This document shows positions 12,071-22,600 of a stretch of DNA of 58,958 nucleotides, one piece after another. How positions within the stretch are numbered: the first letter of the stretch is position 1; every line of letters begins with the position of its first letter. The notes beneath the pieces were generated by a model. That model searched no databases. It was given only the letters and a program-made list of their open reading frames with translations, and had not been told where the DNA came from. This stretch comes from Demequinaceae bacterium. Its GTDB lineage: Bacteria; Actinomycetota; Actinomycetes; Actinomycetales; Demequinaceae. A program made the position numbers and the translations under genes. The stretch spans positions 1-58,958 of the forward strand of contig JAHEMW010000002.1 of NCBI GenBank assembly GCA_024643505.1, in the 5' to 3' direction.

Positions 12071-12853
12071 ATGACCGAGGTGCTGTCGCTTGACGACGTG
12101 TGGTTGCGTCGCGGGGATAACGACATCCTGCGCGGTATCAGCCTCGTCGTCGATTCCGCAGACCGATGGGTTGTGCTTGGCCCGAACGGTGCCGGCAAGA
12201 CCTCGCTCATGACCATCGCGTCTGCTCGCGCGCATCCGACTTCTGGCTCCGCCCGCATTCTTGGCGAGAAGCTCGGCGATGTCGATACGCAGGAGCTGCG
12301 GATTCGCGTGGGACTGTCGAGCGCAGCGCTCGCCGACAGGTTGCCTCCAGAAGAAACCGTCCGCAATGTCGTCATGACTGCGGCGCACGGCATTACGGGG
12401 CGCTGGCGCGAGGAGTACGAGCAGCTCGACGAGGACCGCGCGGATGCGCTGCTGGCGGCATTCGGGATGGAGGCTTTCACGAGTCGACAGTTCTGGACGC
12501 TCAGTGAGGGAGAGCGCAAGCGCGTGCAGATCGCCCGCGCGCTCATGCCCGATCCCGAGCTGCTGCTGCTCGACGAGCCCGCAGCCGGCCTCGACCTGGG
12601 TGGGCGCGAGGAGCTCCTTGGTGCCCTGACCGAGCTTGCCGGGGACCGGCGCTCGCCGGCGATGATGATGGTGACGCACCACGTCGAGGAGATTCCGATC
12701 GGGTTCACTCATGCGCTTCTCGTGCGGGACGGCCAAGTTGTGGCCCAAGGCCCGCTCGCCGAGGCGCTCACCTCGCAGACCCTCTCGACGACCTATGGCA
12801 TGAACGTCAACCTCTTTGAACACGGCGGCAGGTATAGCGCGCGCCGTGCGTAA
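12071..12853 (+). CDS. ABC transporter ATP-binding protein
   Basis: GPNGAGKT, LSEGERKR, LLLLDEP, VTHH. Confidence 0.9.
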   Translation: MTEVLSLDDVWLRRGDNDILRGISLVVDSADRWVVLGPNGAGKTSLMTIASARAHPTSGSARILGEKLGDVDTQELRIRVGLSSAALADRLPPEETVRNVVMTAAHGITGRWREEYEQLDEDRADALLAAFGMEAFTSRQFWTLSEGERKRVQIARALMPDPELLLLDEPAAGLDLGGREELLGALTELAGDRRSPAMMMVTHHVEEIPIGFTHALLVRDGQVVAQGPLAEALTSQTLSTTYGMNVNLFEHGGRYSARRA

Positions 12854-12946
12854 GTCGCGCGAATGACGCGCGGCGACCTACTGTCCTTCGCCAGGACGAT
12901 GTGCCCCCGCACGCCTGCCTGATAGCGTCACTTTCAGGAGGCACTC

Positions 12947-13375
12947 ATGCAATCGTTCTGGTGGTTTGTCGGCGCCATGGTGCTCGGCATCGCCGAAGTC
13001 TTCACACTCGACCTGACGTTCGCGATGCTGGCAGGCGGCGCCCTTGCGGCGGGAGGCGTCGCGTTGCTTGGCGCCCCGTGGTGGGCGCCCATCATCACGT
13101 TCGTCGTCGTGTCGACCGCGCTGTTCTTCATCGTCCGCCCGCCCATGTTGGCGGCAATGCGACGCCGTTCTCCCGCGATGGACACCAACATGGCCGCGAT
13201 GGTCGGTCGCCAGGGCGTTGCGCTCGATGACGTCACCGAGTCGTCGGGCCGCGCGAAGGTGTACGGGGAAGTGTGGACGGCTCGCACGCGCTCGGGGACT
13301 ATCCCTGAGGGCGCACACGTTGCGGTCGTCGCAATAGAAGGCGCGACGGCGATCGTCGCGCCACTGGAGGTGTAG
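12947..13375 (+). CDS. NfeD family protein
   Basis: N-terminal TM segments, C-terminal OB fold with GEVWTAR; paired with SPFH gene; AGGAGG RBS. Confidence 0.88.
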   Translation: MQSFWWFVGAMVLGIAEVFTLDLTFAMLAGGALAAGGVALLGAPWWAPIITFVVVSTALFFIVRPPMLAAMRRRSPAMDTNMAAMVGRQGVALDDVTESSGRAKVYGEVWTARTRSGTIPEGAHVAVVAIEGATAIVAPLEV

Positions 13376-13377
13376 TC

Positions 13378-14451
13378 ATGGAGCCATATCAAATCGCCGG
13401 ACTCGTCGTCCTCGGGCTGTTCGCGCTGTTCGTGATTATCGCGATCGCACGCGCGGTCGTCGTGGTGCGCCAAACGCAGGCGTACATCGTCGAGCGGCTC
13501 GGGCGCTACAAGAAGACCCTCGACGCCGGCATGCACTTCCTCGTGCCGTTCATTGACGCGGTGCGTCACAAGGTCGACCTCCGTGAACGCGTGTACTCGT
13601 TTCCGCCCCAATCCGTCATTACGTCTGACAACCTGGTGGTCGACATCGACTCGGTGATCTACTTCCAAGTCACCGACCCCAAGGCCGCGGTCTACGAGAT
13701 CGCGAACTTCATCACCGGCGTTGAGCAACTCACCACCACAACGCTCCGCAACATCGTCGGCACCATGGACCTTGAGCAGACGCTGACGTCGCGCGACCAG
13801 ATCAACGGTCAACTGCGGGGAGTGCTCGATGAGGCCACCGGCAAATGGGGCATCCGCGTGAACCGTGTGGAACTCAAGGCGATCGAGCCCCCAATGTCGA
13901 TCAAGGATTCGATGGAAAAGCAGATGCGCGCCGAGCGTGATCGTCGTGCGGCGATCCTCACGGCCGAGGGCGTCAAGCAATCCGCGATCCTCACCGCGGA
14001 GGGCGCCAAGCAGTCCGCCATCCTCACCGCGGAGGGCGAGGCGCAGTCGAAGATCCTTCGCGCTGAGGGTGAGGCGCGCGCGATCTTGCAGGTGTTTGAC
14101 GCGATCCACGAGGGTGACGCTGACTCCAAGTTGCTCGCCTATCAGTACCTGCAGATCCTTCCCGAGATCGCGAAGACCGACTCGAACAAGATCTGGTTCG
14201 TCCCGACCGAGTTCACCGGCGCACTGAAGGCGGTTGCCGCGGGTTTCGGCGCCGATATTGCTTCGGAGCCGCTCGAGCGTGACCCCGAGAAGGCCGGCCG
14301 GAAGTCCCGCATCACATCTGCACTCGCCGATCCGCGCGCCGCGCTCGAGGAAGCAAAGCGCCAAGTCGAAGAGTTCACCGCCGACGCGAACGAGGCCGGG
14401 AGTGGCTCCGGCCGCCCATTCGACCCCAACGCGGAAAAGGGCCAGCGCTGA
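13378..14451 (+). CDS. SPFH/band 7 domain membrane protein (QmcA-like)
   Basis: IVERLG, PPQSVITSDN, KQMRAERDRRA, repeated AILTAEG. Confidence 0.92.
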   Translation: MEPYQIAGLVVLGLFALFVIIAIARAVVVVRQTQAYIVERLGRYKKTLDAGMHFLVPFIDAVRHKVDLRERVYSFPPQSVITSDNLVVDIDSVIYFQVTDPKAAVYEIANFITGVEQLTTTTLRNIVGTMDLEQTLTSRDQINGQLRGVLDEATGKWGIRVNRVELKAIEPPMSIKDSMEKQMRAERDRRAAILTAEGVKQSAILTAEGAKQSAILTAEGEAQSKILRAEGEARAILQVFDAIHEGDADSKLLAYQYLQILPEIAKTDSNKIWFVPTEFTGALKAVAAGFGADIASEPLERDPEKAGRKSRITSALADPRAALEEAKRQVEEFTADANEAGSGSGRPFDPNAEKGQR

Positions 14452-14464
14452 ATCCGCAACAGCG

Positions 14465-15271
14465 ATGACACGCATTGACGTTGACTCGCCGGACGACCCG
14501 CGGCTCGACGCCTATCGCGACCTCACGGACGTCGCACTTCGGCGCATCGTTGAGCCTGCCCAGGGGCTCTATATGGCCGAAGGCGAGAAGGTGATTCGAC
14601 GTGCCATCGCCGCGGGGCATCGCGTGCGTTCGGTGCTGTGCGCCGCGCGATGGGCGCCTTCCATGGAGGACGTCGTCCCGTTCGCGACGATCTACGTTGC
14701 ACCCGATGCCGTGCTTGAGTCCGTCACGGGTTACCACGTTCATCGTGGCGCGCTCGCGGCGATGGAGCGGCCCGCGCTGCCCGCGCTGGCGGACATGGTG
14801 GCGAACGCGCGACTCGTCGTCGTCCTCGAGGGAATCGTGGATCACGCGAACGTCGGCGCGATCTTTCGCTCAGCGGCCGGGATCGGGGCCGACGCTGTTG
14901 TGGTCACGCCAACGTGCGCCGACCCGCTGTATCGGCGCGCGGTGAAGGTCTCGATGGGCACCGTGTTTCAGATTCCCTGGACCCGTGCCGAACAATGGCC
15001 GGGCGCGCTAGACACCCTGCGATCGCTTGGCTTCACGATCGCCGGTCTCGCGCTGGCCGACGGCGCCCAGCCCCTGCGAGAGTTCGCCGCAGCCGGCCAC
15101 GAGCGCGTTGCGCTCGTCCTTGGTACCGAGGGCGACGGCCTGTCTCGCGAGAGTCTTGCGCATATCGATATGCCTGTGGTGATCCCGATGCGCGGGGGTG
15201 TCGACTCGCTCAACGTCGCCGCGGCGTCGGCGGTGGCGATGTGGGAGTTGCGACGAGATGGCCCAGGGTGA
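14465..15271 (+). CDS. TrmH/SpoU family RNA methyltransferase
   Basis: NVGAIFRSAA, GTEGDGL, IPMRGGVDSLNVAAA. Confidence 0.92.
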   Translation: MTRIDVDSPDDPRLDAYRDLTDVALRRIVEPAQGLYMAEGEKVIRRAIAAGHRVRSVLCAARWAPSMEDVVPFATIYVAPDAVLESVTGYHVHRGALAAMERPALPALADMVANARLVVVLEGIVDHANVGAIFRSAAGIGADAVVVTPTCADPLYRRAVKVSMGTVFQIPWTRAEQWPGALDTLRSLGFTIAGLALADGAQPLREFAAAGHERVALVLGTEGDGLSRESLAHIDMPVVIPMRGGVDSLNVAAASAVAMWELRRDGPG

Positions 15272-15301
15272 GTTCCGCATGGGTGATCGGCAATATCTGC
15301 C

Positions 15302-17146
15302 CTAAGCGATGCGCCACACCTGCGACGTCGGTCCTTCGCCGGGGATCACGGCGACACCGCCCTCAACCCTGATGTCCATGTCGCCAAACACGTTCACAAG
15401 TTCCGACACGGTGCGGCCGAGCGGAATGCGCGCGCCCGGCCAGCTGCGGCGGGCCACAAGCACGAGCATGCGTTCGTCTGCGCTCTCGCGAAGGTAGGCG
15501 ACCGCGTCGTCGGTCGCGACCGCCCAGCGGATTCCGCCATGACGCAGGGCGCGGTGCCGCGCACGAACGGCCAGGAGCTGGCGGTACGCCGCGTTCACGC
15601 TCGCGTCCCAGACGCCGCCCCCGTTCTCGATGTCGTGCCACGGCATGGGGCTGCGCGCCTGTTCGCCGCTGACCGCGGGAAGCGAACCCTCGTCGCCCGC
15701 CAGCATGAACGGCGTTCCTGGGTAGGTGAACAGGAGCGTCGCGCCCATGATGTGGCGCTCTGCGCTGCCGACGACCGTGCGAATGCGCGCGGTGTCGTGT
15801 GTGCACAGCAGGTTCCAGTTGCGGGAGGAAACGGCCCACGGAATCGACGCCGCGACGTCGCGCATCCAGTCGACTGCGGCTGTTCCCGGTCGGGACTGAA
15901 TGGTGACTGGTGCGTCGAGAAAGCGCATGTCGCTGTCCTCGCGCGTAAGCCACGACCACACGGGGCGAAGAAACCCGGAGTAGTTCATGGCGCCGTCCCA
16001 CGTGTTCTGAGCCAGGTCGTAGGAGTAGTCGTGGCAATGCTCGGCAAACAGCGCGCCAGCTGGGTTCATCTCCGTGATGGCGGAGCGGATCGCGCGGGCC
16101 ACGTCGGTGTTGAAGTCGTCGGCGCCATACCGGCCCGTCATGTTCGCGACGTCGATGCGCCACCCGTCCAGTGAGTAGGGGTGCGCGAGCCAGCGTCGGA
16201 CCGTCGAATCGGGTGCGTCGATCATGCGTCGCCACACTTCCGTGCCAGCGAAGTTGAGCTTGGGCAGCGACTTGTGGCCGAGCCAGCCGATGTAGTCGTC
16301 GCGGGCCTTGTTCCAGTAGAAGAAGTCCGCTTCAGTGCTGTTGGCGTCCGACTGAGAGGTCGTGAACCAGTCGTGGCCAGCGCCCGTGTGGTTCGAGGTG
16401 AGGTCGCCCATGATGCGCATGCCGCGGGCGTGAATGGCGGCGCTCAGTGAAGCGAGTGCGGCGTCCCCGCCGAGCAGCGGATCGACGTGGTCGAACGTGC
16501 TCGCGTCGTAGCGGTGGTTGGAGCGGCCGGGGAAGAACGGAGTCAGATAGACCGTCGTAGCGCCCAGCGACTGAATGTAGTCAAGACGCGACTCGATTCC
16601 CGCGAGTGTTCCGCCGAACAGCTGCCGCCCCGTGTCAGGGCCGAAAGGTACTGGCGTGTCATCCCACGCGGCAGGAATTGCCCAGTCGGGAAGTTCGCCA
16701 ACGAAGCCGTTCGTTCCCGGCGTCGGCGCGAAGCGGTCGGGGAAGATCTGGTAGACGACGGCGTCGCGCACCCAGGCGGGCGCGTGGTCCTCAGTGGAGA
16801 TCCGGAAGTCGTGAGTGTCGGTGCCGTCGCGGTGCCGGATTCCTGCAGCGTTGAGCCACGTGTGGTGTTTGCCTGAGCCGAGCAGGAACCGATAGCTCGT
16901 GCGTGGGTTGTGGAGGTCGAGGTCCGCGACGAACCATCGCTCACCATCCGCTTCGCGGTCGATGCGCGCCTGCTCGTAGTACGGCTCGCCGTCCCGGACC
17001 GAGCGTACCCAGACGGTGTCGATGCCAGAGCTTGCGCCTGTGCGGACGCGCAAGGGGATGGTCTCGCCGAGGCGAGGTGTGTCCTGGGGGGCGTAGAGCT
17101 CCGAGCCGTCGTGGTGGGCGTAGGTGAGGTCGTCTTCGTCGCTCAT
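15302..17146 (-). CDS. GH13 alpha-glucosidase / maltodextrin glucosidase-like enzyme
   Basis: YQIFPDRF, SNHRYD, DGWRIDVAN (nucleophile), AEH (acid/base), THD; start 17146 chosen from TATGTT box 7 nt upstream (alternative 17203). Confidence 0.9.
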   Translation of the reverse strand: MSDEDDLTYAHHDGSELYAPQDTPRLGETIPLRVRTGASSGIDTVWVRSVRDGEPYYEQARIDREADGERWFVADLDLHNPRTSYRFLLGSGKHHTWLNAAGIRHRDGTDTHDFRISTEDHAPAWVRDAVVYQIFPDRFAPTPGTNGFVGELPDWAIPAAWDDTPVPFGPDTGRQLFGGTLAGIESRLDYIQSLGATTVYLTPFFPGRSNHRYDASTFDHVDPLLGGDAALASLSAAIHARGMRIMGDLTSNHTGAGHDWFTTSQSDANSTEADFFYWNKARDDYIGWLGHKSLPKLNFAGTEVWRRMIDAPDSTVRRWLAHPYSLDGWRIDVANMTGRYGADDFNTDVARAIRSAITEMNPAGALFAEHCHDYSYDLAQNTWDGAMNYSGFLRPVWSWLTREDSDMRFLDAPVTIQSRPGTAAVDWMRDVAASIPWAVSSRNWNLLCTHDTARIRTVVGSAERHIMGATLLFTYPGTPFMLAGDEGSLPAVSGEQARSPMPWHDIENGGGVWDASVNAAYRQLLAVRARHRALRHGGIRWAVATDDAVAYLRESADERMLVLVARRSWPGARIPLGRTVSELVNVFGDMDIRVEGGVAVIPGEGPTSQVWRIA

Positions 17147-17239
17147 ACGCTCGAACATATCCGGTGGGACGTGCGCGTGCCGTTCGGAGATGGGGAGCGT
17201 CATCGCGTGGTTGCCGAGCGTCGGACCTCGGTGACATAC

Positions 17240-17255
17240 TCGAACATATGTTCGA
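17240..17255. promoter_or_regulatory. LexA SOS box
   Basis: Perfect palindrome TCGAACATATGTTCGA matching the actinobacterial TCGAAC-N4-GTTCGA consensus; overlaps the imuA' ATG (17248) and the last base of the CATACT -10 (17235-17240). Confidence 0.92.
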
Positions 17256-17979
17256 ATCAGAGTCTGTCGTGACGGGCGTGGAGGCAACCCACGTTCGTCT
17301 CGCGCGCGCCAGGGCCGCACTCACTGCCGTCGAGTCGCGCGTCGGCAGCGGCAGGGAGGGCTGGGATTCGCCGACTCTGCCGTTGGCGACATCGCTGAGC
17401 GAGGTGCTTCCGGGGGGGCTTCGGCGGGGGCAGGTGGTCTCCGTTGAGGGTTCGACGTCCCTGATGCTTGCGCTCGCCGCGCGGGCGTCTGCCGAGGGGT
17501 CGTGGACCGTAGCGATCGGGATGCCGTCGCTCGGTATCGTCGCTGCCGCCCGGCGGGGGATCGAGTTGCACAGGCTCGCCCTCGTCCCGCACCCCGGGGT
17601 GAACGTTGCCGCAGTCGCTGGGGCGTGCGTTGACGGCATGGACGTCGTCCTGTGTGGGCCGGGTCTCGCGCTGTCCGACGCCGATCGACGTCGCCTCGTC
17701 GCCCGGGCGCGCGAGCGGGGATCGGTGATCGTCGCGGCGGGGTCGTGGGCGGGGGCGCATGCGCGGCTTGTCGTGGAAGCGTCGCGTTGGGAAGGGCTCG
17801 GTGCCGGTGACGGTCGGCTGCGCTCGCGTACGCTCACGGTGGCGATCCGAGCCCGCGAGGGTTCGCCGGTGAGCCGGGTTGTGCTCACGTTGGACCAGCA
17901 GCGTTCACTGCCTCGTGTGCGACCCTCTGGTTCCGGGCAGGCGCGCACGGAGCGTGCGGGCCTGGAGGGTGCCGCATGA
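17248..17979 (+). CDS. imuA: ImuA'-like RecA-fold mutasome accessory protein
   Basis: LPGGLRRG, GSTSL, W.GLG.G.GRL motifs; first gene of cassette with imuB and dnaE2. Confidence 0.85.
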   Translation: MFESESVVTGVEATHVRLARARAALTAVESRVGSGREGWDSPTLPLATSLSEVLPGGLRRGQVVSVEGSTSLMLALAARASAEGSWTVAIGMPSLGIVAAARRGIELHRLALVPHPGVNVAAVAGACVDGMDVVLCGPGLALSDADRRRLVARARERGSVIVAAGSWAGAHARLVVEASRWEGLGAGDGRLRSRTLTVAIRAREGSPVSRVVLTLDQQRSLPRVRPSGSGQARTERAGLEGAA

Positions 17980-19652
17980 GCGCGGTCACCGGCAGCTCCG
18001 TCACGACTGTGCGCCGCGCCGTGCTGTGGGTGCCAGATTGGCCGGTGGTTGCGGCCATGGCAGAGGCGGGTCTCAGCGCAGACGCGCCTGCCGCAGTCCT
18101 TCACGGGCGCGGCATGGTTGCGGTTTCGGCCGCGGCACGTGCGGCGGGGGTGCGGCGCGGTCAGCGCAAGCGACTTGCCCAGCGCGCCTGCCCCCAGCTG
18201 GCCATCCTTACCCATGACGAGGGCCGCGACTCCCGCGGCTTCGAATCCGTGGCCGCCGCCGCAGAGCAGGTGGTGTCCGGCGTCGAGATCTCTCGGCCCG
18301 GACTGCTGATGATTCCGGCGGACGGCGCCGCCCGCTTTCACGGCTCAGAGGAAGCGCTTGCCGAGGCGCTCGTGGGTGCCATCGCCGATCTCGCGGGGTG
18401 CGAATGCTCCGTTGGGGCAGCGGACGGACTGCTCGCTGCGATTCTCGCCGCCCGAACGTCGTCCCTGATACCGCTGGGAAAGAGTGCGGATTTTCTCGCC
18501 GGGATGGGGATCGAGACGCTGTCCTTCGCGGCGATGGAGCGCGTGCAACGCGACGCCGTCGAGGATCTCGCGAGCGTGCTTGTGAGGCTCGGCATCCACA
18601 CGCTCGGGGAGTTCACGGCGTTGCCGCTCAGCGATGTGGTGGCTCGTTTTGGGCCCGTGGGTGCGTGGGCGCATCGAATCGCCAGGGGAGAGGATGTGGC
18701 CCCGCCCGTGCTGCGGCGCAGCGAGGAGGACATCGCCGTCGAGTACGTCTTCGAGGAGCCCGCGCAACGTGTCGAGCAGCTCACGCTGGTGGCTCGCCAC
18801 GTCGCCGAACTCCTCGCCACCGCCCTGCTTGAGGCGGGGATGCGGTGCGCAAAGGTGCGCATTGTGGCCCGCACCGAGCGCGGTGAGGAACTGGAGCGAG
18901 TGTGGCGCACCGACGTCGGCTCGCGCGCCGGCGCCTTCGCCGCTCACATGACGGACCGCGTCCGTTGGCAGCTTGAGGGGTGGCTGTCAGGAACGTCGAA
19001 CGGACCTGAGCGGGCGGCACTGTCCTCACTTGGTGTCGTTGCCGAAGACGTCGTGCCCCTCGGCGCAGAGCAGAGTTACCTGTGGGGAGGAGTGTCTGGG
19101 GCGGACTCCCGCGCCCAGCGCACTCTCGAGCGCGTGCAGGGTCTCCTTGGGCTCGAGGGCGTGCTCGCGGTGCGGGAGCAGGGTGGGCGCTCACCCCGTG
19201 ATCGAGTCCTCGCGCTGCCGTGGGGACAGGAGCTCACCCCTGTGCGCCCGCCCGCCCATCCGTGGCCGGGACAGATCCCCGATCCTCCTCCCGCGACCGT
19301 CCTGCCATCACCTGAGCGAATCCAACTGCTCGATGCCGGGGGAACGGTCGTGAGCGTCGGGCGGCGACTTGCCATGAGTGCGCCGCCGACGTGGGTGCGT
19401 CACGAGGAAGACCCCGGCGCCGAACGCACGGCGGCCATGCGTCGGCATCCGTCGTCGCGTCACAACGCTGGTCCCGTGTGGGGCGCGCCGCTGCCCATCG
19501 ACGCGTGGGCAGGCCCCTGGCCAGTTGCCGAGCGGTGGTGGTCCTCAGAGGCGTCGCGGCGTGCCTACCTGCAGGTGGCGCTACGCGACGGTCCCGCCTT
19601 GCTCGTCGCATTCTCCGACGGTGGCTGGTGGCTGGAGGCGATCTATGACTGA
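17976..19652 (+). CDS. imuB: ImuB, inactive Y-family polymerase scaffold
   Basis: WVPDWP, ARAAGVRRGQ, clamp-binding-like QSYLWG, WAGPW..ERWW, C-terminal EAIYD. Confidence 0.9.
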   Translation: MSAVTGSSVTTVRRAVLWVPDWPVVAAMAEAGLSADAPAAVLHGRGMVAVSAAARAAGVRRGQRKRLAQRACPQLAILTHDEGRDSRGFESVAAAAEQVVSGVEISRPGLLMIPADGAARFHGSEEALAEALVGAIADLAGCECSVGAADGLLAAILAARTSSLIPLGKSADFLAGMGIETLSFAAMERVQRDAVEDLASVLVRLGIHTLGEFTALPLSDVVARFGPVGAWAHRIARGEDVAPPVLRRSEEDIAVEYVFEEPAQRVEQLTLVARHVAELLATALLEAGMRCAKVRIVARTERGEELERVWRTDVGSRAGAFAAHMTDRVRWQLEGWLSGTSNGPERAALSSLGVVAEDVVPLGAEQSYLWGGVSGADSRAQRTLERVQGLLGLEGVLAVREQGGRSPRDRVLALPWGQELTPVRPPAHPWPGQIPDPPPATVLPSPERIQLLDAGGTVVSVGRRLAMSAPPTWVRHEEDPGAERTAAMRRHPSSRHNAGPVWGAPLPIDAWAGPWPVAERWWSSEASRRAYLQVALRDGPALLVAFSDGGWWLEAIYD

Positions 19653-22600
19653 GTGCGTCGATTACGCGGAACTCCACGCACACAGCGCCTTCAGTTTCCT
19701 CGACGGCGCGAGCCAACCGGAAGAAATGGCCGCAGAGGCGGGGCGGCTCGGCCTCAGCGCGCTTGCCCTTACTGACCACGACGGCCTCTACGGCGTTGTG
19801 CGGTTCGCGGGGGCGGCCCGCAGCGTCGGACTCCCGACTGTGTTTGGTGCAGAGCTGCACCTCGAGGTGCCAGACGGCACAGGCGGCCGCCCAGTGCTTG
19901 ACGCTCCCACCGGCGTACCCGATCCCCGCTCTAGCCATCTGCTCGTCCTCGCGCGCGGTGCATCGGGCTACTCCCGGCTCAGTCACGGCATCGGGATGGC
20001 CCACCTCGCCACAGGGGAGAAGGGCAAGGCGCACTACTCCCTCGAGGCGCTCTCCGACGTTGGCGCCGGTCAATTTCTGGTGCTCACCGGGTGCCGCAAA
20101 TCCACCGTGCGGCGCGCACTCACCGGGCCGGCGGCCGGCGCGCCAACGGCGACTGGAATGGCGGCAGCACGAACGGAACTCGATCGTCTCGTCGCCCTCT
20201 TCGGCGCAGACAACGTCGCGGTAGAGATCACCGACACGGGGGCGCCGTATGACTCCGACGTGTGCGACGCGCTCGCCGACCTCGCCTTCGACGCTTCACT
20301 CCCGCTCGTCGCAACGACGAACGCCCACTACGCGACGCCGCGGGACGCGGACCTGGCCGCAGCCGTCGCCGCGATTCGTGCCCGCTCGTCCCTTGATGAC
20401 ATGGATGGCTGGCTACCGGGATCTCCCGGTGCACACCTGCGTAGCGCGGGGGAGATGCTGTATCGACATCGGCGCCACCCCGGTGCCGTCGCCGCGGCCG
20501 CGCGCCTCGCCGCAGAGTGCGCGTTCGACCTCGCACTCGTCGCCCCCAACCTGCCGCCATACCCGGTACCACCGGGGCATACAGAGGCCACGTGGCTGCG
20601 GGAACTGACGTATCGCGGCGCGCGCGAGCGATACGGTCCCCCAGACGCGGAGCGGGTGAAAGGCGCGTGGCGTCAGATTGAGCACGAGCTCGCGACGATC
20701 GAGGCACTCGACTTTCCCGGCTACTTCCTCATCGTGCACGACATCGTTGCGTTCTGTCGCAAGGTGGACATCCTGTGCCAGGGTCGCGGATCTGCCGCCA
20801 ACAGCGCAGTCTGCTACGCGCTGGGTGTCACGGCGGTCGACGCCGTCACGCACGGGCTGCTGTTCGAGCGTTTCCTCGCCCCCGAACGCGACGGCCCGCC
20901 CGACATCGACGTCGACATCGAATCAGACCGCCGCGAGGAGGTCATTCAATACGTGTTCTCACGGTTCGGCCGCATCAATGCCGCCATGGTCGCCAACGTC
21001 ATCCAATACCGACCCCGGTCGGCGGTCAGGGATGCGGCGAGGGCGCTCGGCTTCGACGTCGGCCAACAGGACGCCTGGTCAAAGTCGATCGACCGCTGGG
21101 GAGCGCTGCGTACGCCGCCTGAGAAAGAACAGGAGTGGGCGGCGCAGCAGCGCGACGCCGTCTGGCCGGAACCCCCGCCCACCCAAGACCTCGACCACAT
21201 TCCCGAGCCGGTGCTCGACCTCGCCGACCGGCTCATGCGCCTTCCGCGCCACCTGGGCATCCACCCAGGTGGCATGGTCCTGTGTGACCGGCCCGTCATC
21301 GACGTGTGCCCCGTCGAGTGGGCGCGCATGCCAGGTCGCACCGTGCTGCAGTGGGACAAGGACGACTGCGCCGATGCCGGACTCGTGAAGTTCGATCTGC
21401 TTGGCCTCGGGATGCTCTCCGCGCTTAAGTACGCGTTTCGCTACGTGAGCGATACCGAGCGCCAGGAGTTCGGCCTCCACTCACTCCCGCACGAGGACCC
21501 TGCCGTCTACGACCTGCTGTGCGCCGCAGACACGGTCGGGGTATTCCAGGTGGAATCGCGCGCCCAGATGGCCACGCTCCCACGCCTTCGGCCGCAACGC
21601 TTCTACGACATTGTCATCGAGGTCGCACTGATCCGGCCGGGTCCTATCCAGGGCGGATCAGTTCACCCCTACATCAATCGCTCGCGCGGGCGCGAGGAGG
21701 TCACCTACCTCCACCCCCTACTCGAGAAGTCACTTGGCAAGACCCTCGGTGTGCCGCTGTTTCAGGAGCAACTCATGCAGATGGCGATGGACTGTGCGGG
21801 TTTCGACGGATCCCTCGCGGACCAACTACGCCGCGCGATGGGCTCCAAGCGTTCACCCGAGCGTATGGAGGCGCTCAGGGCGCGCTTCATGGTCGGCGCG
21901 AACGAGCGCGGCATCTCCGCTGACGTGGCGCATCAGATCTTCGACAAGCTCAAGGCGTTCGCCGACTTCGGTTTCCCCGAGTCCCACTCGTTCTCGTTCG
22001 CCTACCTCGTGTACGCGTCGAGCTGGCTCAAGGTACACAAGCCCGCCGCCTTTTACGCGGGCCTGCTCGCGGCCCAACCGATGGGGTTCTACTCGCCGCA
22101 ATCTCTCGCGGCCGACGCCCGGCGTCACGGTCAGGTTGTGCTGAGGCCGTGCGTCTCGCGCTCCCAGGCGCTCGCACAGGTGGAACGAGTCCTCGAGCCG
22201 TTTGCGACCCCCGACGAGGCGCGCGCCGACATGATGGCACTCACCCGCGTCGACCGCACTCTCGCGGTGCGCATGGGACTCGCGGCCGTGCGGGGGCTCG
22301 GCACCGACGCGGCGCAGGCGATCGTCGATGCTCGTGCAGCTAGTCCCTTCACGTCCCTGACCGACATGGCGCGACGAGTGCGCGTCGGCGAAAAGGGCCT
22401 CACGACCTCGCAGTGGGAGGCCCTCGCGACCGCCGGCGCCCTCGAGGCCCTCGGGGTGACGCGACGGGAGGCGCTGTGGGCGTCGGGCGCGCTGTCGCGC
22501 GAAGGCCCTGACACCCTGCCAGGCGTGAATACGGGAGTCGAGGCGCCCACGTTGCCCGGCATGAGTGCCGTCGAAGAGGCGGTCGCCGACGTGTGGGCGT

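Noticed and set aside
13951-14075. Three to four 33-bp-period repeats (AILTAEG) that superficially resemble a short repeat array
   Set aside because: In-frame coiled-coil repeats typical of QmcA-like SPFH proteins; no unique spacers, so not CRISPR
12934-14475. 513-aa antisense ORF, and similar long shadow ORFs (16941-18341, 38202-39368, 25169-26176)
   Set aside because: They lie opposite well-supported genes, have no recognisable motifs, and are expected in high-GC DNA with few stop codons
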